From positions 51,492 to 115,491 of the forward strand of contig NW_018404037.1 of assembly GCF_002113885.1 (NCBI RefSeq): a stretch of 64,000 bases of DNA, in the 5' to 3' direction. Shown piece by piece: positions 10,961-24,590 of this stretch; the first letter of the stretch is position 1, and each line of letters begins with the position of its first letter. The notes below the pieces were generated by a model. The model saw only the letters and a program-made list of their open reading frames with translations. It searched no databases and was not told the origin of the DNA. The translations under genes and the position numbers were made by a program. The DNA comes from Mizuhopecten yessoensis (Eukaryota).

Positions 10961-13649
10961 TATTAATTCTGGTGATTTTTAAATGGCTCTTCATATTGTG
11001 AAGAAGTGGGCCTTGATAAAGTTGGTATAGAAATGAGTCGTTTACTTGTGAAATACAGTAGCATTGTGGTATGATGGGTACCACAGTATACTACTTCCTT
11101 TGTTGGTATGGCTAATGGTGTACCTGTGATCTTGTGTCTGCTCAGATTCCGATATTGTCTTTTTGTGTCGACTTAATTTTATCCGTTTATTTACCTAATG
11201 GCGTAGCTATGGTCTTAGAAAAAGAAAAAATAATCTAAATAATTACTTAAGTGTTAATTTTTTATAATCCACTTTATTCGAAATATATATCTATACCCCG
11301 AGGTTATTATGCAAATAATGACATAAATAATTCCGCTTGTTCGATTGTATATCAAATAATACTGTACAGCGCGGTAATGTACTCACATTAACATAAAACA
11401 CCTCGATTTAACATAATGTTTCTCCATCAGACCTTGAACGTTGATAGGATATTTGATTTATATATAAACAATCTTTTTTCCGGAGGTAATTTTAACGCCG
11501 TTCCCATTTCCCCCCGGTAGCCTACATTCCGTAGCTAGGAACACCTGCGTATTTTAAGTATTTATGTAACGGTTAGCTACATGTCTAACTCTATCGTACA
11601 TCCATCATTTATATATATATTTATATATTAAGTGTTCATAAATAAAGCGCTGGGTATAGAAGTCAAATAAAAAATGACAGGTGTGTGCGATTCCTGTGGA
11701 CTAATTACAGCGGAATTATCGTCAAATCACATATTTATCTAACTATTTCAATTGTATTTCAATTGATAGACACTTACCCGATATAAGTATATGTTGAGCG
11801 GGTAATTACTGGAAAAGGGTACATTTTACAAGTTTAGCGCCTTCTTAAATGAAATATGTTGCCAGTGCAAATGCACATTTTATGACAATCTGGGAATTTC
11901 TTACTCGTATGTTTTCTCACAAACAATCATAACGTTAGCAGCATGGTCTTACTCACCATTTGCAATGACCAATCAAATTATGTTTATCGTGTTTCAGAGG
12001 GATGTAATTACGATGCGATGAATTTTTGGATTGAAATACAATATTATATGGCAATAGAACATTCCAGTATATTATTACAATGTGTCATAATAGTACTAAA
12101 ATGACATTATAAACTTCAAATAATAATAATTACATTTATTCTTTTCGTATACATTGTGTCCGCCGATTTTTAATTCAAAGATAAACTACCTGAGATTACG
12201 TGAACATATTTGAATATCGAAACATAAAGTTTACATACAACAGATGTTGATGAATTACATCTTACCTATAATGTTAAATAGAGTGGCAATGAAATTTGTA
12301 AAGCTGCGATTATACCAATCAATTTCTAAAAAATGCACAGTGTTTTAAATACATTATTCTGTCCTGAAGGCAAAGTAGTTTTCTGTATTATAAAGCTGAG
12401 GGATGAATGCGCCACATGGTCATTATGTTTGCCTATACTTGTATCCTTCGAAAAGGCCCTCACTAGCGACGGACTTCAAGAAAATGAGAATAGATGTGAG
12501 ATTATTAATTGATTGAGTAAACAATTATTACACAATAAACATTGCCATTATTGTTCTAATTACCTGCATCTGTCGACTTCAACAGCCCATCAAAGCCGCT
12601 ACCTTTGGTTAATACATCAAATCAGGTATCTGTTTCAGTCGAAAGTTGTACATTTCGAAATGGACGAAATTGCCATATGGAGCAGTTACATTTTATTTTG
12701 ATTGGCTTTCTGCATAAACAAAAACAAATGTTCAAATATGTGTTTCCTTTTCTTCGTAAATCTATATATTATTGTATGGTATTGTTTATATTTCGACGAA
12801 CAACGTTTCATTTAAGTTAAACATATCTTATTGTCGTTTGTATTAATATTAATCACAATCTCTAGTTGTAGGATTATACTCGAGATATCTGAGGTGCTTT
12901 CAAATAATTTTGATATTTGAATTCAAACTCCTATTATCATAAACATTTACTTAATTTAGGTAATTTACCGTGGTGGATTTTCGGTAGCTGTCTTTTCCTA
13001 ATAAAACGACAAAAATTCTTAATCATTTATCGTCCTTTCAACCATTTAAATCGAAAGTAAGGGATTTAATGTTCCTTCGTGTTCGTCCCTTTGTCGTTTA
13101 CATATGAATATTTTCGAAAGAGCGAAAGACCTACACATGTTACGTGAAAGACGTAAACATTACCGACGAAATACCTTCCTTTCACCCTTAATTCCTTGAT
13201 AAACCGCATAATTAACTACCAAATTACATTTCAATATAGATGTCTTAAGATGGTCGAAATTTCACTGTCAATCAAATCGTAATCCTTAATTTCATAAAGT
13301 TTCACCTTTTCTGCAATATATTCATGATAATTAAAGACTGATTGAAATAGTTTCGGTCACAATATGCCATAAAATAAAAACAATGAAAAAAATAAAATCA
13401 TCCTATAATATAGTTAATATAAATAGAGAACCGTTTGTTTGTTCTGAATATTTACAACATAACTGTTATATTTGATGAAGAAAAGCCGTCTTTTTATCAC
13501 AATGTTGATGGATGTTGTTCGCATGCGTATAACGCCTACCACAAGTATAAAGATCCTATGGAAATGGTACTTCTTTGATTGAGCAAAGATCCTATCTCAG
13601 TTATTTTGAAACCCACGACAACTGACCGGGGCAATGTATTCTGCCATAA

Positions 13650-16020
13650 AAGACATAAACACCACGGTTAAAAATTACGGTATCTTATTTTAGCAGGAAA
13701 ATTATTATTGTTTCTATTCAATGCACGGAGCTGAGCTTTTCATGTTGTTTTTATTTCTATGTTCAGAACCCTGACTAGTAGTTTATCTTTCCATTAAAGT
13801 AGCATAAAGTGTGTTCCATGTTTTACGTTTTACAATAGAAATGGTAGAAGCACTATCAATTATCTGTTAACATATGCTGATTTTTTTCACGACATCTGCT
13901 CATGGTCCATTGTCTTTTTAATTAATTATGAAATATAAGCGAGAACATTGTTTCAGTAAAAACATAATCTTACATCTAGGGTGCTTTGTGAGCGAATAAA
14001 ATGGAACCATGACAATGTTTACGCTATCGCAAATAACCTTAGTAAAAATGCAGATAGTCAAATATGTGACAACACTGTAAATACACAACATGATGTGAAC
14101 AGGAACATAGATGATTTTTGTCAAGTTATTAATACGTTAGTGTTGCCACATTGCAATGTAAGTAAAGTATAGTCAACAGTTGATGAACCTAAAGCTGTTA
14201 AACTTACAATCTGATGACTAACCATGATTTACAAATGAATGTAAGAGAAGGTACACTGTATAATGACTACAAAACAGTATTGTCAAGGCTTAACGGATTT
14301 CAGTCGGAGGAAAACCATCGAAAACTGATACAAAAGGAATAAGTTTGTAAAAGGCTCGAAACAGATTGGAACGGCAGTTTAAAAGACTCGAAGGTAATAT
14401 GTTGGACTTGATACGCAAAAAACAATCCGAAATTATTCTATAAATGTTTCGCTTAGCCAAGAACAAATATGAATTTTTATTCCCATTTTAATAACTTAAA
14501 ACGCTGACGAGATTGACAATGCTGATGCTATAACTCCTGTAGTTAGTGCCGGATGTACAATTTTTGAAAACTTAGATACTCCAATCACCGACAACAATGG
14601 ATTCTTTTATCGAGTGGAAGATTGATTTATTGCCATTAGTTACAAGCCTTTTAAATAATATTTTCAAAACTGGTTTGTATCCAAAGTCTTGATCAAAATG
14701 TTGCATTGTTCCTATCCACATAAAAGGGTACGAGCATGATCCCATTGGTCACAGAAGTGTAACACATATTAGTTGTATGGGTAAATTATTTACATCAGTG
14801 CTAAATAAAAGATTAATAAAATAGGATAAAGAATACATTATATCAGATGCTCAATTTGAATTTTAACCTGATTTTTGGACGATAGATGCTATTTTTTGTG
14901 CTGCAGACAAACGCTAAAACAGTAGAAATAATATACTGATGCCCTATGATTTTAAACTGATCGAACAGGGAATTGATGGGAAAATGTTGAAAATATATAA
15001 TCTGTATGTGAAAATGTTAATCTTGTAACAAATATAATGGATGTTTGTCAGAATACTACAAGAACACGATCGGATTGTTTTAAGGAGATATTTTGTCACC
15101 AATCTTGTATAGTCTATATTTCAATGACTGCGAGATGTGTTTTATCAGCGAAAACTGTCAATCAGTAAATAAAGGTTGAATAAACATGTTTTCTTTTAAT
15201 ATTAAAAGCAGATTTGCATGTGAGATATGGCGTCATTTTAAAGCTCCATGTGTGGAAAAAATGTGTACAATGTTTTGTAAGAAGTTACTATCAGGAAAAA
15301 CATGTACAGGAAATTATTTCTGTATTTGGAATAACAACGCTTTCCTTTATATATTACAAGAAAACAGAAAGCTTTGAAGTTGTGTCTTATAATAAAGAAT
15401 TGAGTCTAATGATAAATGGATAAATAGCATAGTTATGGTATTGCAATCGGATGTAATATAATTGAAAACAGATTTGATAATGTTTACAAACAATAATTGT
15501 TATATAAACTAAGTCAAGCAGCCTGTGGGACATTAAAACAACATTTCGTTGATAATTTCTGTTAACAATATAATTTATGTAAACTTATCGGTTCAGTGTT
15601 CAAAACTGTTTTTCAATTATAAGACAATCATCGCATAATTTTGACATAGAGGAGGGTAGACATACTTATATTTCTAGACACGGCAGAATGTGCACATGCT
15701 GCAATTTACCGGAAATTCAAGATGAATTTTATTTTTACTTCAATGTCCATTTTATTCAGATTTACGTCAAAATTATGTAAAGAAATATTATTATCGAAAA
15801 CCTAGTGTATTCACGCAAGCTCAGCTATAAAGTGTTAACGGATTAAATAAAACTGGAAAAATTTGTACATTTGGCGTTCGGGAAAAGAAAAGGATTTCAT
15901 GGTTTATAACAATATTATTCCGTTACGGGTCCGTGTCCGTTTGTTAATGTACATGAGTATGTTGTTGTATTTCCAACCTTTGGGCCGAGAGGCCAACGGA
16001 AGCATTGCACATTGAATATT
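13650..16020 (+). mobile_element. Decayed non-LTR retrotransposon (LINE) ORF2: APE endonuclease, RT and C-terminal zinc knuckle; RTE-X-like by inference
   Basis: Motifs in the correct order on one strand: FTFYNRNGRSTINYLL (13822, end of endonuclease); FENLDTPIT (~14562); LLNNIFKTGLYPKS*SKCCIVPIHIKG..DP..HRSVTHISCMGKLFTSVLNKRL..ISDAQFEF*P..TIDAIF (14648-14896, RT N-terminal blocks); GLF*GDILSPILYSLYFND (15072); FACEIW..APCVEK...FCKKLL (~15213); SHNFDIEEGRH (~15630); RMCTCCNLPEIQDEF../LLQCPFYSDLRQNYVKKYYYRKPSVF (15685-15812). Many stops and frameshifts. Boundaries are approximate. Confidence 0.93.
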
Positions 16021-17080
16021 GTCAAGGGCATACTATGCTTATGAAACCAGTGTTGCTAATTTGAGCAATGCTAATAATTGTCAAATACTATATGGTTATT
16101 ATTGACAGATACTGTTTAGGTGAAGTTGTTTTTTGAGACAAACTTTGTTAATATTTCATCACTTCATAAACCTATCTATATCGACGGCTACAGGGTTGAT
16201 TTATTTCATATAGTATGAACAGGGTTTCCGCCTTACAAAGGCTCCGCTAAATATTACAGGGGACCAATTCCCGTGGATTTCACAGTACATATCACGGTTG
16301 GTGCTCCTGTTTGTGTGGAACCTCGTGATGTCCTTCAGCTTGTTATATTGTCTCGTCGATTCCTGGTGTCCTTTCCGGTACTTCTAGTAACAATGTTACG
16401 CAATAAGGTGGTAACCTCTCCTTGTTGACTATCGGTCCCAAGGCCTGCCAGACCCTGTAGATGGTATGTATTTTAGTACGGTGTATATGGATACCAGTTT
16501 AAGTATGATGTATTGTTTAGCTTTAAATGTGAATGTGAAATGCTATCAGTGGTTTCATAAGTATCTTTCCGTTTTCGTTGTATTCTTCATATGTTCCTGA
16601 ATGCTTCAGACAGAATTTTCAAACTCTTTTGACCCTTAGTGCCAATCATGTAGCCTGAATTGACGTAACCACCATATGGAGTAATGAAATGTAACGTTGT
16701 TTTAATTTTCTTATATCAAAACGTTCTTCAAAAGGCGTCCTTTTTCTTTATTTTTTTGTGGATAGTTTGTCATTCCTTGTTAGCCATATGCTATGTAGTA
16801 TGCTGTACCTAATTACCGAGGTAACGTAAACCACCACACTTTTATCTTTTTCACGCGTTTTCTCCATGAAAGTATCATGCCAACATTTTGACGTAAAATT
16901 TAATTCAATGATAATGCAATGATTATTGAAACACAGTACATGTTCTCTGATTAACCCTGCAGTTCGATAAGAAAAACATATTTTTGTACGTCACCATGAC
17001 GGAAGTTTTGTAAGTAAACTATAAATCATATACCACATAAACAGAAATTCGGTAAAAGTTGCTAAGAATGAGTATTTCGG

Positions 17081-17540
17081 CACCACACGTGACACACATC
17101 ATGATATCTGTCGTCACCACAAGTGACACCAGTCATGACATCTGTCGTCGCCACACGTGACACCAGCCATGATATCTGTCGACACCACACGTGACACCAG
17201 TAATGATATATGCCGTCACCACACGTGACGCAAGTCATGATATCTGTCGTCACCACAAGTGACACCAGTTATGAAATCTGCCGTCACCACACGTGACACC
17301 AGCCATGATGTCTGTCGACACCACACGTGGCCCCAGTCATGATATATGCCGTCACCACACGTGACGCCAGTCATGATATCTGTCGTCACCACAAGTGACA
17401 CCAGTCATGAAATCTGCCGTCACCACACGTGACACCAGCCATGATATCTGTCGTCACCACACGTGACACCAGTCATGACATCTGTCGTCACCACACGTGA
17501 CACCAGCCATGATATCTGCCGTCAACATAGGTGGCACCGG
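17081..17540. repeat. 34-bp minisatellite, ~13 copies
   Basis: Unit caccacacgtgacaccagtcatgatatctgtcgt, which contains CACGTG. Confidence 0.96.
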
Positions 17541-18363
17541 TAATAATACTCGTCATTATATCACTTTGTCCCAAACAACAACGTTTTTATGAGACAGACA
17601 AAACGAAATAGAACTGAATGATAAAATAAAATTAATGACTTATTCTGTATGAGAGGTGTGAACGGACAATATAGTACTGTAAATGCTCTGTTTGGTGTTT
17701 GGTGTTATAATGATTAACACTTGAATTGCGAATTTGTTCTACATCCCTCATTAGAGGTTGGTATTGCTGCGCATTAGGAATTGATGACATCATTCTAGCT
17801 GATAGGGAGAAACGTTTAGTTCGGAAATTGCTTTCTTTCTGTTTGAATATGTCGCTCGTTTTAAGATTAATTGAATATTTCAATTAAAATTAAATTAAGA
17901 ATATGGATGTAGATCTAAACGTAGCAATTGAGATTTTACAAATTCTGCTCCATAAAACGTCTATACAATTACATGTACTTGAATTTACTTGTAGGATTCG
18001 TACTGATCTTTAACGACTTGACTGGGTCTACTAAATTATAGAGTTAATTGTGAGCTCAGTCACGCTGTAGAGGTGAGTGCGGTATGCGGGAGGCTGAACT
18101 GATGACATAAAACATATCAACAACCTCAGAATTATCCATTGACGGCCTGTCAAATCTTCGACGCGGACCTCATTTCCCGTGACAGTGTTTGGATAATTAT
18201 TTCGCCTCCATGCTCGTGTTAGTTTCAGTTGTTTAGCTCGCGATAACAACATAATCGGTGTCATTGTGTCGATATTAATATTGAAATGGACGTCAAGCAA
18301 CAATCCTTACCTACAGATTAACGGGGCTGTTTTCCGGTTAGCTTCACGTAGTTAAAAGCCCCT

Positions 18364-18376
18364 AGGTCAGAGGTCA
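18364..18376 (+). promoter_or_regulatory. Perfect DR1 nuclear-receptor response-element match
   Basis: AGGTCA-G-AGGTCA in unique sequence. Motif match only. Confidence 0.3.
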
Positions 18377-18854
18377 GATAATGAGATAGCGACACGTAAG
18401 TCAGATCTAAGGACTACGGCTACTTAAAGATATAGTTAACGCTATCATTTTAAATTAATTGTTTGATTTGTGAAACGGACACTAATTTTATTAGTGTAAG
18501 TTTACGGTGAGTTGTAGGTGGTGATTCGGCGGATAGCTGTGAATATGGTCCGCGTACTTATCTGGTGAGAAATCTCTGTAATTGGGACCACTTCGCATTA
18601 GCAGGTGACTCATTGGCCAATTGTTTAACGTAAGATAATGTACCTATTGATGACATCTTTTACGGGATACATATCAAAGGATTCATTTGAGACTATCATT
18701 GTAGAACATAAAACGGAATAGATTGATTAAGACACACATCGAAATGAAAATACCCATATATACTGCAATGGAGAGTAAGCGAGCTATATACATACCCGGA
18801 AATCACCTATGTTGAATGATACATGATAATGAGTGACGCGTGACGTACTAAAAC

Positions 18855-19100
18855 CATCATGAAGGATGCCACATGTGGCACCGGGAGATCATGAATGGTG
18901 CTACATGTGTTAAATGTACCTAGAGACCACGGAGGGTGCCACATGTGGTTCCGAGAAGATCATGAAGGGTGCAACATGTGGTACCGAGAAGATAATGGAG
19001 TGTGCCATATGTTGTACAGGGAAGGTCATTGAGAGTTAAGATATGGTGCCGGGAAGGTCATGGTTGGTACTACATGTGTTACCGGGAAGATCATGAGGTA
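18855..19100. repeat. Degenerate ~33-bp tandem array built on ggtgccacatgtggtaccgggaagatcatg
   Basis: About 7 diverged copies of acatgtg..accg..aagatcatg. Confidence 0.8.
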
Positions 19101-19204
19101 TGATGATGAATAGTGTCACTCCGTTTTACGCGGTTCACTGTTTTTCGTTTGCTCTGGTTTCTTTTTGATTTGAATTCAAGTAAGAAACTTTTGATAGCTG
19201 AGAT

Positions 19205-19289
19205 AATGTATACAGCATGTAGTGTGACCTACAATGTGTACAGCATGTAGTGTGACCTACAATGTATACAGCATGTAGTGTGACCTACA
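19205..19289. repeat. 28-bp tandem repeat, 3 copies
   Basis: aatgtatacagcatgtagtgtgacctac at 19205, 19233 and 19261. Confidence 0.93.
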
Positions 19290-20582
19290 GTGACTGTCCT
19301 CTGTGTCCTGTAAGGATGTCCTAATCTTTGACATAACAGTTTCTATATCCGGTACGTCGGAGAAAGAGAATAATCCGACGCCAAAAAAAACGAAATAACT
19401 TTATTATTATTTAGGGAGGTTCTGTAATACAACAATGAATCTTTTTAAATGCTGCCATGTAAATTTGACAAAAAGCGAAAACTAACTCCCAAGTGTTGCC
19501 AAGTACGTCCTGGATTCGTCTCCTATCCGAGTTCGCATCAACATAAAGTTAGATTTACATCGACCAACAACACATGTTCGTATATGAAATCTGATTCCAG
19601 ATTAAGTCAAAACCACCCAAAACGCCGTAAAACTTAATTAAAGATTTTTTTTACGAAATAATGTATATCTGGTACATTTTTAATGTCTCTTGCACTTAAT
19701 CATCTTGAAAACCCTCCATTTTTGAGATACATGTCAAGCCTCGGAAGAAAGGTCATGGGATATGATGCGATGAAATTAACAGTTTTCACCTTTAAATTTA
19801 CATTTCAAAGACCTGAAAATGGAAGTTGATGGAAGTTGCGGGCCTTTCTTTATATTAGATTGTAATTAGTATACGCTGTTATATTACAGTCAAGTATCAC
19901 TAATACTACCTATATAGATGGCCCCACTCCTCTTTGTACTGTTTTCGGTTTACCTTTGGTGGTCTGTGTATTTGTGAATTTTCTAGACTGTTAAGTTATG
20001 AATACATTTAACAAAGATGTTGTGTAGAGAAACACATTTTGACACATCTATATGTCATTAACAGTAATCGGACGAATATTTTGTGTTTGGAAGGAAGTGT
20101 CTTGCACCTTTACAACTATTTGTTAACTTACATATGTTGCACTAAATGTTTATAAAGGCTTGATTAACAGAGAAAACAATACTAATGATTTTCAAAGTGA
20201 GAATCTCAATGTCACAGTAGAATGTTGTGATCTTATTTAGCCATGCTAGTAAACTATCACCTGTTTTGTTTTTTAAATAATTTTGTATGAGAACCTTACA
20301 CTTAAAGAAGTAAGACGAAAAAATATATTTCTAAAATTATTGATTAAAACAAATATATATAGTAATACATTTTCTAAATATATTGAGTTTTTGTCTACAC
20401 ACTGTATCATATATAATATACTAAATGTTCTACCAAAAATGAATTTTGATATTCCTTAAACACGTGTTACAAAAATCTGAAACGTGGAAATATACATTAT
20501 GCAATAGGTGAATGTTAAAATACATATGAAGCAATAAAAATGACTCGTTAATATGTTTGAATTTTGACGCTTTGACCAACAC

Positions 20583-20723
20583 CTGTACACGTTTCTGTGT
20601 CTCCAGTCCCAGCTACGTACATGGTTTCCTCGTCCGACACGTACCATTGGTTACCGCTCCTTTTCGTCCGACTTTGATATATTGGCCCCCTAACGCGGCC
20701 CTTTCTATGCGAAGAGGAGTAAT
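20583..20723 (-). CDS. Candidate internal coding exon (141 nt, phase 1-1), product unknown
   Basis: Acceptor ggttttcag| and weak donor cag|gtgttg. Open frame YSSSHRKGRVRGPIYQSRTKRSGNQWYVSDEETMYVAGTGDTETCT. GC-richer than the flanks. Confidence 0.25.
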
Positions 20724-23700
20724 CTGAAAACCACTTCACTCAGCCACCGTGCAGGAGGATGCGTAGGGTGTCTATTTTCATTTAGGATAGAAAGGTGGTT
20801 ATCATATCTAGCTTTGGCAGTTTAATCTACGTTACATTGCCCTCATAATGACACACAACTATTTGTATCACTCTAAAACTACGCATCTCGAGTGTAGTTC
20901 TTGTAACGACAGAACAAGCAAACGGCGTGCAAAATACAAACACTTCTAAAGAGATAGTTTGTGAAGCTATAAAATTTAGAAAAAAAAATAATAACAATGT
21001 TTTGTATCAGAACGATCAACTAACGATGGGCCAGTACTCCGAGTTCTAAGTACCCAACTAGCCGTCTTAATTAACAGTGTGGCGGATGTATTTATTGATT
21101 AGTATGAAGTCTCATTTACGGGAAAATGGCGATAAACACGAGCTAGAACAACGGGGTAAATACACAACTTGTCTCTATGAAAGATATAACTGTTACATTT
21201 TTTTTATATCATTTTTTTGTTACACTTTCATAGTCTTCTATAGAATATAATTATATTCCTCTGTTTGAACTTTAAATGTGTGATCTTACACACATTAGGC
21301 ATGTTTGTTGACTCATGTAAACAAACAATTTCTGACCATTGCACTCGTATAGATTATAATCTTATAAACGCCTGACATCTAAAACACAAATGGCATTAAA
21401 CTAGAAGATAGCATTAGTCTGTCTTTGTGCAAGATACTTTTATCATTTGTAGATCGAGTCAATTTATCTCGAGTTGAGTAGTGTACAGCAATATTCACAT
21501 AGTATATCACTGCAAATTAAATGAGCCTTTAGAAACAGGGAACCATAACAGGAAGAACATAATATAGGCAATATACAACAGACATGCATATACGACGATT
21601 TACATAAGGGATGATTCTCGGGTATTGTGGTTCCCACAACCTCCTGATTAGTTTGTGTTGTCATCTTTTAAATTTTAAAATGATTGGGTAGATATCCTGA
21701 GATTATGTTGGGTTTGTGAGAAAAAATGCAGAAGAAAACAAGAAGTGTAACATTTGACATGATATATTTCATTACAGGTCGCACTGTTTGGTGTTTCAAT
21801 TGTTGGGTCTCGATTTGATATTTAAGTTTTCACTTTGTATGACATTTAGAGAGTCGTAAAGGGACTACTGTATTTATTCTCTTGGCATTCCTACCTACTG
21901 TCGTCTGTGTGCTGGGTCAGCCATTTTAGAATGGATTAAATGGGACGTAGACCGTTCTTAGTGTTTGACGATACAAGAAGTATTTCCTTCAACAACAAAT
22001 TTGTGATTGTTGCACGTCATCTTATTTGTTAGGTAGTTTAAAAAAAATGTAGTTATGAGAACGAAGACAAAAAGCAGTCATATTTATACTGGAAACACCA
22101 TCAATCATAACTAAAACTTAGTATACAATTAAAAAAGGAATAGAAATAGCGTCGTAAAAAATACAAAGCAATAATAAAAGTACTTACTATATGTATATAT
22201 ATATAGTAAGTACTTTTATTATTGCTTTGTTTTTTATATATAGTACGATGATGAAATGGCAAATATTCAGGCAGGAGCAATAAGGTTTGTAAATGTTTTT
22301 GATGCAAATAACAATCGCAAGTATACTCATATATACTAACTTTTCTAATGAAGCTTCATTTATAAATATTCAAGTTAAATATTGTAAAAGTCACATTTTA
22401 CTACAGTATCAATACATGTTTTACGCTTTCTACCAAACAACCGTACGATAGATATATTGATCCAATACTGAGTAATGGGGGAAAGGAGAAAATAAAATAC
22501 CGCCGTATCTTGGCATTGACTTTTAAATGCATCAACCATCTAATAGATAATTTATTCTTTATATTAGTAAACATCTTTCCGCAATTTCTTGATTATAATT
22601 GATTTGTTTAAATGTGAGTTGTTATTATTGTGATATATGACGTAATATGAGAACAAAGTAATGATAAGAATACAATGTATGTTTTAAAAACCTTCGGAAA
22701 GCTATTTTAGGACATTTTAATCAACCCTGTCGGATTGCCCTTATTGATGGCCATCTGATGATCAATTTGTGTCTGGTCAATTAGGATTCGGCCATTACGC
22801 CTAGTAAAAAAAGTCTTGTAATCCGCATGCGCCTGTGTGCAAGTCCGACAATTGTTATTTCTTAATTTCCAATACATTAAACTGCACAGCATAAAGGCTT
22901 ACTGACAATTATTTCAAACATTTAGTATGTCCGTCCGTCAATGTTTGTAAAGAGGTTGATAAAAAGTCCCAAAAATTGTAAATTTAAAATAATTGAAGGC
23001 TCTCTTGGTTTTCTTGGAAATATTCAAATGGCTTGTTATTGCATGATTATCGCCTCGATCATAGTATCGAAAGGAACTAGCCCTATCTCAATACAAGATC
23101 TAAATATTAACATTATAGGATGTGTAGCTAACAGAGGATGGACATGCATCTTGTCAGGCAAACTTATTGACCTACATAACATTTCTGACTGATACAAGTA
23201 CAATACGATGGCATAGTGTAGACCAGTGCGATACTGCAATGGTAACTGAACGAAATAATAAAATGAAAACGACGAAACATTAACGATAGTACGCACAAAC
23301 ATTGTCAATGCAATCGTTCCGTTTTATCTAGATTTAAAAAGGAAATAGTGTATCAACTGTATTTTAACGAAAATAGCAAACATTACATTTGCTTCTCAAA
23401 TAATTTAATGACTAAATATAACATCCCGTATGAAAGTCTTCATGTTCTTATATCTTTAAATATTGTTATTTGTTTGAAACGCATCCTTTTCTTTGTGATT
23501 CCATTCATCAATATAAGGTCTTTTAGTTTAGAAAAAAGCCCCTATGTTTTGGCCTGTTCATCTATAAAGAAGGGGTTTTCATCATCTGCCTTCATGTATG
23601 ACGTCTACACGTGTGATGTCATCTGCAAAAGAGATGCCATGTGCTTGTGTGCTATCGTCTTTGCATGCAACATTTTCTGTCTTTGTGACGTCGTCTGTAC

Positions 23701-24325
23701 ACATATTGCATACTTTTCTAACGTCAGTTAAGTCTTTGGCACCCTCTGTATATACTGCTATAGATAATGTATCTTATTACTTCTCTTTTGTTCTTCTGCA
23801 TGTACAATGTAGCTAGGTGTATTTGTATCGATTCTATTATTTTGTCGCAATATTTTAAGGTCTTCTCCACTGTGTTGTTATTTTCATTTGAATATTTTCT
23901 ATTTCCACTCAACAACATTTTTGCCAATATGTTATTTCAAAACCGATTCGGGATGTATCAATCCTGCTGGAAGAAACACATTTTCCCGACATTTAGACCC
24001 CATCCTGCATTAATTGTTTCGTTTCTGATGAAAAATACAAAAACAGTAACAAAAACTAACCATTTAAAAGAAATCCTGTCTCCATTGGTTGCCCCTTTGT
24101 TTAGTTTCCCCTAATTTGCAAAACTCAGTGTTGTTTTGTGAAAGAAACTTCGTTCAAGCTAAATCATTTACTGTTGGAAAGCATTTTTGAAACTAAATGA
24201 TAGGTGTAATAAATATACATATATACTGTACACACACGTGGGTCAAAGATAATAACGGTGACTTCCCGAATAACACCGGATCTTTACAAACGTATGTTTG
24301 TAGGTTACGAATTACTTAAAATTGG

Positions 24326-24590
24326 TATATGGAGAAAGGAAGTAATTCTGACAGTGTAGACAATATGATTTTGTCGAGTTTTCAGAGTAACCGCTCCTTT
24401 ATCGAAACACAGAAAAACCCACAAAACATTGACATAACATAAAAACAATATTTACAGATATAATAGGATAACGCTACTTTTTATGTTTTTTTTCCCTGTG
24501 TTTCAATAAAGGAAAATCTGACAACATCCTATTGTGATTATGATTATGATGTGTTATGAATCTGTTAGAATTACTTCCTGACCCCATATA
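24326..24590. mobile_element. Palindromic (foldback/MITE-like) element, ~265 bp
   Basis: Three nested inverted arm pairs: tatatggagaaaggaagtaattctgacag / ctgttagaattacttcctgaccccatata; acaatatgattttgtcgagttttc / gaaaatctgacaacatcctattgt; cctttatcgaaacacag / ctgtgtttcaataaagg. TA at both ends. Confidence 0.75.
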
